Shown here piece by piece: positions 8,527 through 16,428 of a stretch of 28,337 bases of DNA. Made by a program: the position numbers and the translations under genes. Origin of the DNA: Candidatus Thorarchaeota archaeon (lineage in GTDB: Archaea; Asgardarchaeota; Thorarchaeia; Thorarchaeales; Thorarchaeaceae); the NCBI GenBank assembly GCA_016839445.1, contig JAEOUG010000092.1, forward strand, positions 1-28,337, read 5' to 3'. Positions within the stretch are counted from its first letter, which is position 1. Each line of letters opens with the position of its first letter. The notes under the pieces are model-generated. The model saw only the letters and a program-made list of their open reading frames with translations. It was not told the origin of the DNA and searched no databases.

Positions 8527-9651
8527 ATGCACCCGTTACTTGAAGAAGTTCTTGGCTCCACAAAAGCCAGGAAGGAAATCCCCAAGAGAACTAAGAAACC
8601 CCCAAAGAACGTGACTACCGATGAAGAACTGGAGAGTCTGCTGGACTCGGTAAGTGCGCGGATTCTCGTTGTTGGTGTCGGTGGTGCCGGGAACAACGCT
8701 ATCACCCGCCTGATGGAGGTGGGAATCGAAGGTGCAGAGACCCTTGCAGCTAACACTGATGCACAGGATCTCTACTTCTGTAACTCACATCACAAGCTGC
8801 TCCTTGGAAAGGAGACCTGTGGAGGCCTTGGTGCAGGAAATAACCCCGATATTGGTGAGGCTGCAGCAATCGAGACCTACGACATCATCAAGGACGTGGT
8901 CAGAGGAGATCTGGTATTCATTACGGCGGGTATGGGCGGCGGGACAGGAACAGGTGCTGCTGCGCATGTTGCCAAGGCGGCCAAAGAGAATGGTGCTCTG
9001 ACCGTAGCGATTGTATGTCTTCCCTTCGAGGTCGAAGGCGCGACTAGGAAGAGGAATGCGACCAGAGGATTGAACGCCCTGATGGAGTATGTCGACACCC
9101 TCATCGCGATTCCGAATGAGAAGCTTCTTGAGATTGCCCCGGACCTCTCACTTCCAGAAGCGTTCATGGTGGCAGATGAGGTTCTTGTGAGGGCCGTGAA
9201 GGGCATCGCTGAACTCATATCAAAACCGGGCCTGGTGAACCTGGACTTCGCAGATGTAAGAACCACGATGCGAAACGGAGGAGTCTCAATCATAGCTCTC
9301 GGAGAGGGAGAGGGCGAGAACAGGGCGGAAGAGGCAGTGGTGAACGCCCTTCGAAACCCACTAATTGATGTGTCCATCGAGAACGCCAGAAACGTACTGG
9401 TGAATGTGAGTGGTAGTGCCGACCTGCAACTCCTCGAAGCGAAGCGTGTTGTTGAGCTTGTCACAGAGCAGGTGAATCCAGAAGCAGAGGTCATCTACGG
9501 TGCGCTGATCGACCCGGCCCTTGAAGAGAAGATACGGGTCACTATCATTGCCTCAGGAGTGAGCTCACCCTATGTATTTGACAAGGCTGAGCCATTCACA
9601 CCCTTGGTTGACGACATCAAATCGGACCTAGGTGTTCCCAGACTGACGTAG
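8527..9651 (+). CDS. ftsZ: Cell division protein FtsZ (FtsZ1-type locus)
   Basis: GVGGAGNN, GMGGGTGTG and NLDFADV motifs; adjacent to secE-spt5-rpl11. Confidence 0.98.
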   Translation: MHPLLEEVLGSTKARKEIPKRTKKPPKNVTTDEELESLLDSVSARILVVGVGGAGNNAITRLMEVGIEGAETLAANTDAQDLYFCNSHHKLLLGKETCGGLGAGNNPDIGEAAAIETYDIIKDVVRGDLVFITAGMGGGTGTGAAAHVAKAAKENGALTVAIVCLPFEVEGATRKRNATRGLNALMEYVDTLIAIPNEKLLEIAPDLSLPEAFMVADEVLVRAVKGIAELISKPGLVNLDFADVRTTMRNGGVSIIALGEGEGENRAEEAVVNALRNPLIDVSIENARNVLVNVSGSADLQLLEAKRVVELVTEQVNPEAEVIYGALIDPALEEKIRVTIIASGVSSPYVFDKAEPFTPLVDDIKSDLGVPRLT

Positions 9652-9753
9652 AGTAAATTGGATACTCAGCAAACGTTAAAAGAGAACTGCCACAGAAACC
9701 AACCGATTCCTGTGGCGGCCAAGGGTCCGCCATAGAGGGACGTGATCCGGAAA

Positions 9754-9936
9754 ATGGGTGTCACTGAGTTCATCAATGAGAGCAGGCGCATTCTCAGACT
9801 GGCTACGAAGCCCTCCAGAAAGGAGCTTTGGACGAGTACAAAGATTAGCTTGCTGGCGATGGTGCTTGTCGGAGGACTCAGTTTCATAGTGCAAGTCATT
9901 ATGACTCTGGTGACCGGCAACTGGGGAACCGGCTAG
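9754..9936 (+). CDS. secE: Protein translocase SecE/Sec61 gamma
   Basis: RILRLATKPSRKE followed by one transmembrane helix; ATG at 9754, alternative GTG at 9742. Confidence 0.93.
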   Translation: MGVTEFINESRRILRLATKPSRKELWTSTKISLLAMVLVGGLSFIVQVIMTLVTGNWGTG

Positions 9937-10042
9937 GCTCCCAGAGACCAAGACTCAACCCCCAATCATCCAGAGCGGCTCGTTTACATGTCCCACTGTA
10001 TGGAATTATGTCAAATCATGATTACTCGGAAGTGCAAGAGAG

Positions 10043-10732
10043 ATGGAGACCAACACAAGCATCTATGCGGTCCGCACAACGATAGGCCAAGAGAAGGGCG
10101 TCACGGATCTGATCACCACAGCGGTCATTGGAGAGAGTGATGTCTGGGAGTGCCCTTTCTGCAAGGAGGACTTCTCATCGGAGAAGGCCACGTTGGACCA
10201 CATGAAGAAATGCAAGAAGAAGGGCAAGAAGGAAGGCGAACCCCAGCTTGTCTCCAGCAATCAACTTCTGGGGAGAGTTAAGGCAATCCTGGTTCCCGAA
10301 ACTCTGAGAGGATACGTCTTCATTGAGACCACTGAGTTCCGAGACGTCGAGATTGCCATCTCAGGTGTCCCACACGTCCGTGGACGCGTCGGGGGAAAGG
10401 TAAGTATCGAGGAGATTGACAAGTTCCTTGCACCACCTCCCGCAGCAGAGGGAATCTCAGAAGGAGACATCGTCGAGATTATCTCAGGCGCGTTCAAAGG
10501 AGAACGTGCGAAGGTACAGAGAGTTGAAGCAGGGAAGGAGGAGCTTATCCTTGAGCTTCTTGATAGTCCTGTGAGCATACCTGTCAGAGTCCATGCGGAT
10601 TTCGCCAAGATCGTTGAGAGAGCGGAGAGGCCTGCCGAAGCTGCTGAGGCCGATGAGGAAGAAGAGGCCCTCATTGATGAGGATGAGTTCGACGAGGAGG
10701 ACTCATTCTGGTCCCACGCACCTGAAGACTAG
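10043..10732 (+). CDS. spt5: Transcription elongation factor Spt5/NusG with zinc-finger insert and acidic tail
   Basis: NGN domain motifs IYAVRTTIGQE and LRGYVFIE; KOW motif GDIVEIISGAFKGE; synteny. Confidence 0.96.
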   Translation: METNTSIYAVRTTIGQEKGVTDLITTAVIGESDVWECPFCKEDFSSEKATLDHMKKCKKKGKKEGEPQLVSSNQLLGRVKAILVPETLRGYVFIETTEFRDVEIAISGVPHVRGRVGGKVSIEEIDKFLAPPPAAEGISEGDIVEIISGAFKGERAKVQRVEAGKEELILELLDSPVSIPVRVHADFAKIVERAERPAEAAEADEEEEALIDEDEFDEEDSFWSHAPED

Positions 10733-10936
10733 ACAGCCAGTCCAAAACGCTTAAAACTCAATCATCGGTCGAGGCCACTGCTCCTTAATCTGACGTGAGA
10801 GCACAGACCTCATGTCTGGGGTGAAGAAAGTGACAAAGAATGCAGTAGACCACACTGGACATAGACAGAATTCTGTCCTCTTGGTCGACCCCGCCGGCAA
10901 CGTTGCGTACGTACCGCGTGCACTGCATCAGGAGTC

Positions 10937-11446
10937 GTGAAGAACTTGAGCGAGAAACCAGTTATTGTAGAAGCCATGGTCGAAGGTGGAAAGGCCAGTG
11001 GGGGTCCCCCCATTGGGCCGGCCTTGGGACCAACAGGAGTCAACGTCTTCCAGGTTGTCACCAAGATCAACGAAGTGACACAACCCTTTACCGGGCTGAA
11101 GGTGCCAGTGAAGATCATAGTCAATCCAAGTGACAAGTCTTTCGAGGTTGAGGTGGGCACTCCGCCGACTAGCGCACTCATTCTCAAGGAAGTTGGTGCT
11201 GCAAAGGGCTCCGGAGAGCCGAACTCCGCGATTGTAGGGAACCTCACGCTGGACCAGTTGAAGAACGTTGCGAAGGGCAAGGCAAGTGACATCACTGCGC
11301 AGACAATGAAGACCGCAGTCATGACAATTGCAGGAACATGTGTTTCGATGGGGGTCACCATCGATGGGAAAAGCGCAAAGGAGTTCCAGGCAGAAGTGCG
11401 CGCTGGGTCCTATGACGAGCAACTGAGCGAACCGTTTAGGGAGTGA
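10937..11446 (+). CDS. rpl11: 50S ribosomal protein L11
   Basis: GGKASGGPPIGPALGP, PPTSAL and GTCVSMG motifs. Start may be TTG at 10946. Confidence 0.98.
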   Translation: MKNLSEKPVIVEAMVEGGKASGGPPIGPALGPTGVNVFQVVTKINEVTQPFTGLKVPVKIIVNPSDKSFEVEVGTPPTSALILKEVGAAKGSGEPNSAIVGNLTLDQLKNVAKGKASDITAQTMKTAVMTIAGTCVSMGVTIDGKSAKEFQAEVRAGSYDEQLSEPFRE

Positions 11447-11452
11447 TAGAGC

Positions 11453-12109
11453 ATGTCTTTCAATATTCGTTCAATAGAGGCTGCCGTTACTGAGGCAAGA
11501 TCCAAGGGAAAGGAGAGAGGCATCAAATTCGAGCAGAGCTTCGATGTTGCTGTCAACTTCCGTAAGAAGGAGATGGACGTTTCAAAACCTGAGAACAGAC
11601 TGAACCAGGAACTCGTTCTTCCTAATGCCCTCTATCCACCTCCAAAAGTCTGTGCCTTTGGAGATGGTGAGTTCGCCGAGAAGGCCACATCTGCGGGAGC
11701 AGAGCAGGTCGTAGGGAAGGATGACATTCCACGGCTGGGCGAGGAGAAGAAGGAGAGGAAGTCTCTGGCCAAGAGCTTTGACTTCTTCATCGCTGCAGTT
11801 GACGCAATGCCCCTGATCGGTAGGTATCTAGGGCAGGCTCTGGGGTCTCGAGGCAAGATGCCCAAACCGTTTCCACCTCAGGCCGATCTGGATGCGATTA
11901 TCAACCAGTATCATCGCACTGTTCGTGTCAGAATGAGAAACACGCCCACTTTCCACGTGAAGGTGGGTCATGAGAAGATGAGTGACAGGGAAATAGCCGA
12001 CAACATCGCCGCTGTACTGAGTATGGTACACAGCAAGGGATTCTCTGCGAGAATAAGCGACGTCCTTGTGAAGACGACGATGGGGCCGATGGTTCCCGTG
12101 ACCTACTAG
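11453..12109 (+). CDS. rpl1: 50S ribosomal protein L1
   Basis: F.QSFD, LG.RGKMP and KTTMGP motifs. Confidence 0.97.
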   Translation: MSFNIRSIEAAVTEARSKGKERGIKFEQSFDVAVNFRKKEMDVSKPENRLNQELVLPNALYPPPKVCAFGDGEFAEKATSAGAEQVVGKDDIPRLGEEKKERKSLAKSFDFFIAAVDAMPLIGRYLGQALGSRGKMPKPFPPQADLDAIINQYHRTVRVRMRNTPTFHVKVGHEKMSDREIADNIAAVLSMVHSKGFSARISDVLVKTTMGPMVPVTY

Positions 12110-12120
12110 GATGTGATGAG

Positions 12121-13137
12121 ATGTCAGTATACGAGAAGACGATTCCGCAATGGAAAATCGATGCTGTCACAAAGCTGGCCAAGGCCATCGACGATAGCGA
12201 GATGATTGGTCTCGTTAATGTAGAAGGCGTTGGCGCAAAACAGCTTCAGGGAATTCGCGATAGCCTCAGAGGTTCCGCGAATATTCGGATGGCTCGAAAC
12301 ACCTTGATGATAAGGGCCCTTGAGGAATCTAAGAAGAAGGGGATTGACCAACTGAAGGACTTCGTGTCTGGGCCAGTTGCCTTCATATTCAGCAATCAGG
12401 ATCCCTTCGCATTGAGCAAGTTCCTAAGCGAAAATAGGGCTGCTGCTCCGGCAAAGGGAGGCCAGACTGCCCCCAAGGACATCATCGTTCCCGAGATGAA
12501 CACCGGGGTAGCACCAGGACCTTTCATCAGCGAACTAGCAGGACTGAAGATCCCCTCCCGAGTAAAGGGAGGAGTGATTCACATAACGGAGGATACTGTC
12601 GCAGTCCAAGCGGGACAGGTCATTTCTAATGCAATGGCGCAGATGTTAACGCGACTCGGTATTGAACCGATGGAGCTACAACTCAAGCTCATTGCTGCCT
12701 ATACAGACGGAGATGTCCTTACACCCAAAACCTTCGAGGTGGACCTTGAGGCTCTCTTCAAGGAGTTCATCGCAGGCCACCAGTACGCAATGAACCTGTC
12801 AATCAACACCGGGATTCCCACAGTGGAAACAGCACCACTGATCATCGCCAAAGCAAACATGGAGGCGAAGAGCCTGACTCTGAAGATAGGCTTCTTCGTA
12901 CCAGAGATGCTCAACGAGTTCCTAGCAAAGGCGAACTCCGAGGCGTTTGCGTTGGCGTCAGCAGCTGCTGAGAAGGACCCCGATGCAATACCCTCTGAAC
13001 TACTCAGCCACGCAAAGGCAGCCACTGCTGCAGCAGTAGCCCCTCAGAAAGAGGAGGTCACCGCTGCAAAGGAGGAGGCCGAGGAAGAGGAAGAAGAGGA
13101 CGAAAGTGTAGCAGGCATGGGAAGCCTGTTCGGATAG
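12121..13137 (+). CDS. rplP0: 50S ribosomal protein L10/P0
   Basis: IPQWK, QLQ.IR, RNTL and NTG..PGP motifs; acidic C-terminus ending GMGSLFG. Confidence 0.97.
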   Translation: MSVYEKTIPQWKIDAVTKLAKAIDDSEMIGLVNVEGVGAKQLQGIRDSLRGSANIRMARNTLMIRALEESKKKGIDQLKDFVSGPVAFIFSNQDPFALSKFLSENRAAAPAKGGQTAPKDIIVPEMNTGVAPGPFISELAGLKIPSRVKGGVIHITEDTVAVQAGQVISNAMAQMLTRLGIEPMELQLKLIAAYTDGDVLTPKTFEVDLEALFKEFIAGHQYAMNLSINTGIPTVETAPLIIAKANMEAKSLTLKIGFFVPEMLNEFLAKANSEAFALASAAAEKDPDAIPSELLSHAKAATAAAVAPQKEEVTAAKEEAEEEEEEDESVAGMGSLFG

Positions 13138-13156
13138 AAAACAAGAGGTAACCAAA

Positions 13157-13462
13157 ATGGAGTACGTATACGCAGCACTTCTGCTCCACAAAGCGGGCAA
13201 GAGTCTGACAGCCAAGGCAATGGAAGATGTTATGACCGCAGCAGGTGCGTCCCCCGACAAGGCGAGGATAAAGGCCCTGCTTGCAGCACTCAAGGATGTT
13301 AACATCGATGAGGCGCTGAAGAGCGCAGCAGCCATGCCTGTGGCCGCAGCTCCTGCAGCAGCTGGTGGTGAAGCAGCCGCCGGCGCAGAGGAGAAGAAGG
13401 TAGAAGAGGAAGAGGAGAAGGAAGAAGAGTTCACTGCTGGACTCGGCAGCCTCTTCGGCTAG
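13157..13462 (+). CDS. rpl12: 50S ribosomal stalk protein P1/L12
   Basis: [11 protein letters not shown] start, Ala-rich hinge, acidic tail ending GLGSLFG. Confidence 0.98.
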   Translation: MEYVYAALLLHKAGKSLTAKAMEDVMTAAGASPDKARIKALLAALKDVNIDEALKSAAAMPVAAAPAAAGGEAAAGAEEKKVEEEEEKEEEFTAGLGSLFG

Positions 13463-13487
13463 TCCCTCAGACTCGAACCAAGCATAG

Positions 13488-13529
13488 GGTGGGTCAGGCA
13501 ATCTGACCTGCCCACAGACTTCTTTTTCG
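13488..13529 (+). terminator. Hairpin plus T-rich tract after the rpl11-rpl12 operon
   Basis: GGGTCAG-GCAAT-CTGACCT stem (alternative GTGGG...CCCAC pairing) followed by TTCTTTTTC. Confidence 0.55.
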
Positions 13530-13575
13530 TTTGCTAACCCACACACAGATAACCTTGTGTCCACACTCCTCATGT

Positions 13576-14361
13576 GTGAAAGTCATCTACCATCCCCTCA
13601 TGCTGAAGAAGTATGATCGGACTCCCGCGGGGGCCGAAGGAAGATTAGAGTCAGCGGTTGAGATACTCAGCAGCAACCCAGAGTATGAACTGATTGAGCC
13701 GCGTTCCGCTACAAAGGATGAAGTCCTTCTTGCTCACACAGAAGACCTCTACGAGTCAACAAGACACGAATCCGAGAAGTCTCCCGGGAAGCTCCTCTTT
13801 GAGATGGCCGGCCTGGCTGCAGGTGGTGCCATCATGGCGGGTGAACTGGCAATGAAGGGAGAACCCGTTTTCGCCCTGATCAGACCACCAGGGCATCATG
13901 CATCGAGGGACAGCCACTGGGGCTACTGTTACTTCAACAACATCGCCGTTTCTTTGCTCAACCTTCAAGCCAAGGGAATGATATCCTCAGCGTTCATTCT
14001 CGATTTCGACCTTCATGAAGGGGATGGAAACATCAACATACTTGACGACAGGAGATGGATCATCCACAACCCATCTGGGAGAGGAGATGGCGCGTTTCTG
14101 CAAGATGCGAAGCGGGCGTTGGACCAGTCTCCTGACGTAGACATCATTGTGGCGTCAGCAGGCTTTGACCAGTACGTGCATGACTGGGGTGAGAATCTAT
14201 CCACTGATGCATACCGGCAGTTGGGTCTGCTCATGCATGATTTCGCCATGGAGAGATGCCAAGGGAGGAGATACGGCCTTCTTGAGGGCGGCTACAACTA
14301 CGAGGACCTCGGGAAGAACGTGCTGGCATTCTGTGAGGGGCTCAGAGGCATTCGCAAGTAG
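13576..14361 (+). CDS. Zn-dependent histone deacetylase/amidohydrolase family protein (probable GTG start at 13576)
   Basis: RPPGHHA, GYCYFNN, DFDLHEGDG, SAGFD and LEGGY motifs. Confidence 0.93.
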   Translation: MKVIYHPLMLKKYDRTPAGAEGRLESAVEILSSNPEYELIEPRSATKDEVLLAHTEDLYESTRHESEKSPGKLLFEMAGLAAGGAIMAGELAMKGEPVFALIRPPGHHASRDSHWGYCYFNNIAVSLLNLQAKGMISSAFILDFDLHEGDGNINILDDRRWIIHNPSGRGDGAFLQDAKRALDQSPDVDIIVASAGFDQYVHDWGENLSTDAYRQLGLLMHDFAMERCQGRRYGLLEGGYNYEDLGKNVLAFCEGLRGIRK

Positions 14362-14387
14362 AACAGAGGGTTGGCCGCTTCCATATC

Positions 14388-14410
14388 CTATATTTGAATG
14401 ATGATTCAAA
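14388..14410 (+). promoter_or_regulatory. TATA box with overlapping inverted repeat (candidate operator) upstream of the OsmC gene
   Basis: CTATATTT overlaps the perfect inverted repeat TTTGAAT-GATG-ATTCAAA (14393-14410). Confidence 0.55.
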
Positions 14411-14437
14411 AAGGAGGCCGAGGGTTGCACCGAATGC

Positions 14438-14908
14438 GTGGCAACCTCAGAAGGTAACAGAATGGGTAACTCGGTATTCACAGCCAAGCTGCATGACACT
14501 GGCGCCAAGAAGGTTCAGGCCATAACACTCGGCGGGCACCAGTGTACAACGGTATGCCCTCCTAACATGTTGGAGGACCATCCAGGCTCAACAAGCCCTC
14601 ATCACCTGTTCCTCGCATCAATCGGTGCGTGTGTCAATCTTGTCTTCGAAATAGCTATGGAGAGAGCGCGCATCGAGAAGATTGACATCGCCTCAGATGT
14701 CAAGGGCAACTATGAGACCGATGAAGAAACTGGCATGAGCCGCTTCGATAGCATTGAGATATTCACCACGGTCACCGTTTCCAAGGGTGTCAAGAAGGAG
14801 CGACTTGAGAAGCTCTTCGAAGTGGCCCACAGCAACTGCCCGATTGGCAATTGCCTCATCGGTTCGTGTGTGAAACTGGTCACCAGTCTCGAAGTACTGT
14901 ATGAGTAG
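14438..14908 (+). CDS. OsmC/Ohr-family protein
   Basis: SP..LFLASIGAC and A...CPI motifs carrying the two family cysteines. Start could be ATG at 14462. Confidence 0.85.
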   Translation: MATSEGNRMGNSVFTAKLHDTGAKKVQAITLGGHQCTTVCPPNMLEDHPGSTSPHHLFLASIGACVNLVFEIAMERARIEKIDIASDVKGNYETDEETGMSRFDSIEIFTTVTVSKGVKKERLEKLFEVAHSNCPIGNCLIGSCVKLVTSLEVLYE

Positions 14909-14944
14909 AGGAGCGATGTGCTCCCCTACTCCGAATCCCTTTGC

Positions 14945-15256
14945 CTAACGAGTTTCCTTAAGCACATCATCTAGCGCCGATCGGTACGTGTCAAAGGCCT
15001 CTCGGCCAGCTTCAGTCATCCTCAGGACCGTTCGAGGCTTCTTTCCCTGGAATTCCTTGTTTACCTCGATGTACCCCGCTTCCTCAAGCTTGCTCATGTG
15101 AGAAGACAGGTTTCCCCATGTCAGGCCCGTGCGCCTCATGAGGAAGACGAAGTCAGCCTCCTCGACAACGTAGAGCTGTGCCATTAGCTGAAGACGTGCA
15201 GGCTCGTGGATGAGCTTGTCAAGGTCAATTGCTTTCTCGCGGTCTTCATTGCTCAC
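14945..15256 (-). CDS. Winged-helix transcriptional regulator (HTH_34/MarR-ArsR-like)
   Basis: DKLIHEPARL, LTWGNLSSH..KLEEAGY and KKPRT motifs. GTG at 15256 overlaps the end of the upstream gene. Confidence 0.9.
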   Translation of the reverse strand: MSNEDREKAIDLDKLIHEPARLQLMAQLYVVEEADFVFLMRRTGLTWGNLSSHMSKLEEAGYIEVNKEFQGKKPRTVLRMTEAGREAFDTYRSALDDVLKETR

Positions 15257-15875
15257 CAGCATCATCCTCCGGTGTATCAATCACGGGATACTTCCGGATG
15301 AACAGAGTGAACCTGACTGTGCCGAGGACTAGAAAAACCAGTCCCCATCCAACCATGAATACTGCCATGGACATCTCTGCGGGTATCGACGGAGAAAGTG
15401 AAACAGCCACTCCCGTTAGAGAAGTCGACGCTCCAAGGAGGTAATACCTAATCTGGCCTGTCTTGTCCTTAAGATACAGCGATGGCCCCCACATTATGAA
15501 TCCGAAGACCGTCGGGAGCCACTTGTAGATGAAGAACCTGTCAATGGTGCCAATGGACAACATGTAGAAGACTGTGATCACTGAAATGAAGATCAGTAGT
15601 ACAACTACTGCTACGCCCAGGCTCAGCTTCGGGGGCTGGTCCTCTTTCGGTTTCACATACCCTACTCGTGGGTAGACATACTTCTTCTTGACTGCTTCAA
15701 CACACTGAGGCATGAAGATAATGTAGAAGACAACGAAGATCGCGACGAATCCGGGTTCGACTAGCAGTACAGGGAGCACAAGGAAGATCAGACCCATGAA
15801 GATCTCTGTGAATCCATCCTGCATTGTTTCGCGATATGACTGCTGCTCGATTTCTCTCAGACTACCTTCGTTCAT
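15246..15875 (-). CDS. Multi-pass membrane protein of unknown function
   Basis: About six hydrophobic segments, DG..EI and YPRVGYVK motifs. ATG at 15875 lies about 33 nt from a TATA box. Confidence 0.8.
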   Translation of the reverse strand: MNEGSLREIEQQSYRETMQDGFTEIFMGLIFLVLPVLLVEPGFVAIFVVFYIIFMPQCVEAVKKKYVYPRVGYVKPKEDQPPKLSLGVAVVVLLIFISVITVFYMLSIGTIDRFFIYKWLPTVFGFIMWGPSLYLKDKTGQIRYYLLGASTSLTGVAVSLSPSIPAEMSMAVFMVGWGLVFLVLGTVRFTLFIRKYPVIDTPEDDAGEQ

Positions 15876-15906
15876 TGTTATGCACGGTATGTGATACGCA
15901 GTTTCT

Positions 15907-15943
15907 GTATATAAGACTTCTTTGCAGCGCAAAGTACTTTGCG
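15907..15943 (-). promoter_or_regulatory. TATA box and overlapping palindromes (candidate operator of the HTH regulator)
   Basis: CTTATATAC on the minus strand at 15907-15915; CTTTGC-AGC-GCAAAG at 15920-15934; perfect palindrome CGCAAAGTACTTTGCG at 15928-15943. Confidence 0.65.
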
Positions 15944-16006
15944 GAATTGTCGTTCGTCTCAGGACCTTAAATTGAGTGGTTCTAGGATAGGTGTAGGTAT
16001 TGTGCA

Positions 16007-16240
16007 ATGCAGAGTCCACTCACGAACTTCATGGAACTCATACTCACCTATTTTGCTGAAATCTGGGACTTCCTGATCTTCGTGGGGCAGGTTTCTGGAG
16101 TCATCGTGGTAATGATAGGAGCCATATTGTGGTTCACGGAGGCGAATATCAAGCGAGGCAGAGGCTTGGTCTTCGGTGGCATCCTACTATCCGTAGTGGT
16201 AGAATACTTCGTGCTCTTTCCTCCTGCCTTTGTGACATAG
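16007..16240 (+). CDS. Small membrane protein with two hydrophobic helices
   Basis: Two hydrophobic stretches separated by a basic loop (IKRGRG); CCTTAAAT promoter-like site near 15965-15972. Start may be ATG at 16031. Confidence 0.7.
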   Translation: MQSPLTNFMELILTYFAEIWDFLIFVGQVSGVIVVMIGAILWFTEANIKRGRGLVFGGILLSVVVEYFVLFPPAFVT

Positions 16241-16294
16241 ATGATGTCACTCGGAAAGCTTTAATTCAGAAGCGCCGCGACGCTCTAGATACAG

Positions 16295-16427
16295 GGGCCC
16301 GTTGCCTAGCCCGGGGATGTGTACAGTCAGTGCACATCGCGGTTCATAGGGCGCCAGCCTTCTAGAGACACGATTCGTGGCTGAAGACAGTTGGAAATCG
16401 TGAGTTCGAATCTCACCGGGCCCGCCA
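16295..16427 (+). tRNA. tRNA-Arg(TCT) with two introns (D-loop ~16315-16345; canonical 37/38 at 16365-16388), CCA encoded
   Basis: Acceptor stem GGGCCCG/CGGGCCC-G-CCA, T arm GTGAG TTCGAAT CTCAC, anticodon stem CCAGC/GTTGG. Removing both inserts gives D-loop AGCCCGGATA and anticodon loop CTTCTAA. TTTAAT promoter at 16260-16265. Confidence 0.9.
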
Positions 16428-16428
16428 C

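Noticed and set aside
9689-9716. GCCACAG/CTGTGGC inverted repeat before secE
   Set aside because: Only 7 bp and straddles the expected transcription start; insufficient support for a regulatory element.
16359-16366. CTA in the anticodon region suggesting tRNA-Pyl or an amber suppressor
   Set aside because: Stem register and the bulge-helix-bulge splice give loop CTTCTAA with anticodon TCT. The body is Arg-like, and TAG is the main stop codon here.
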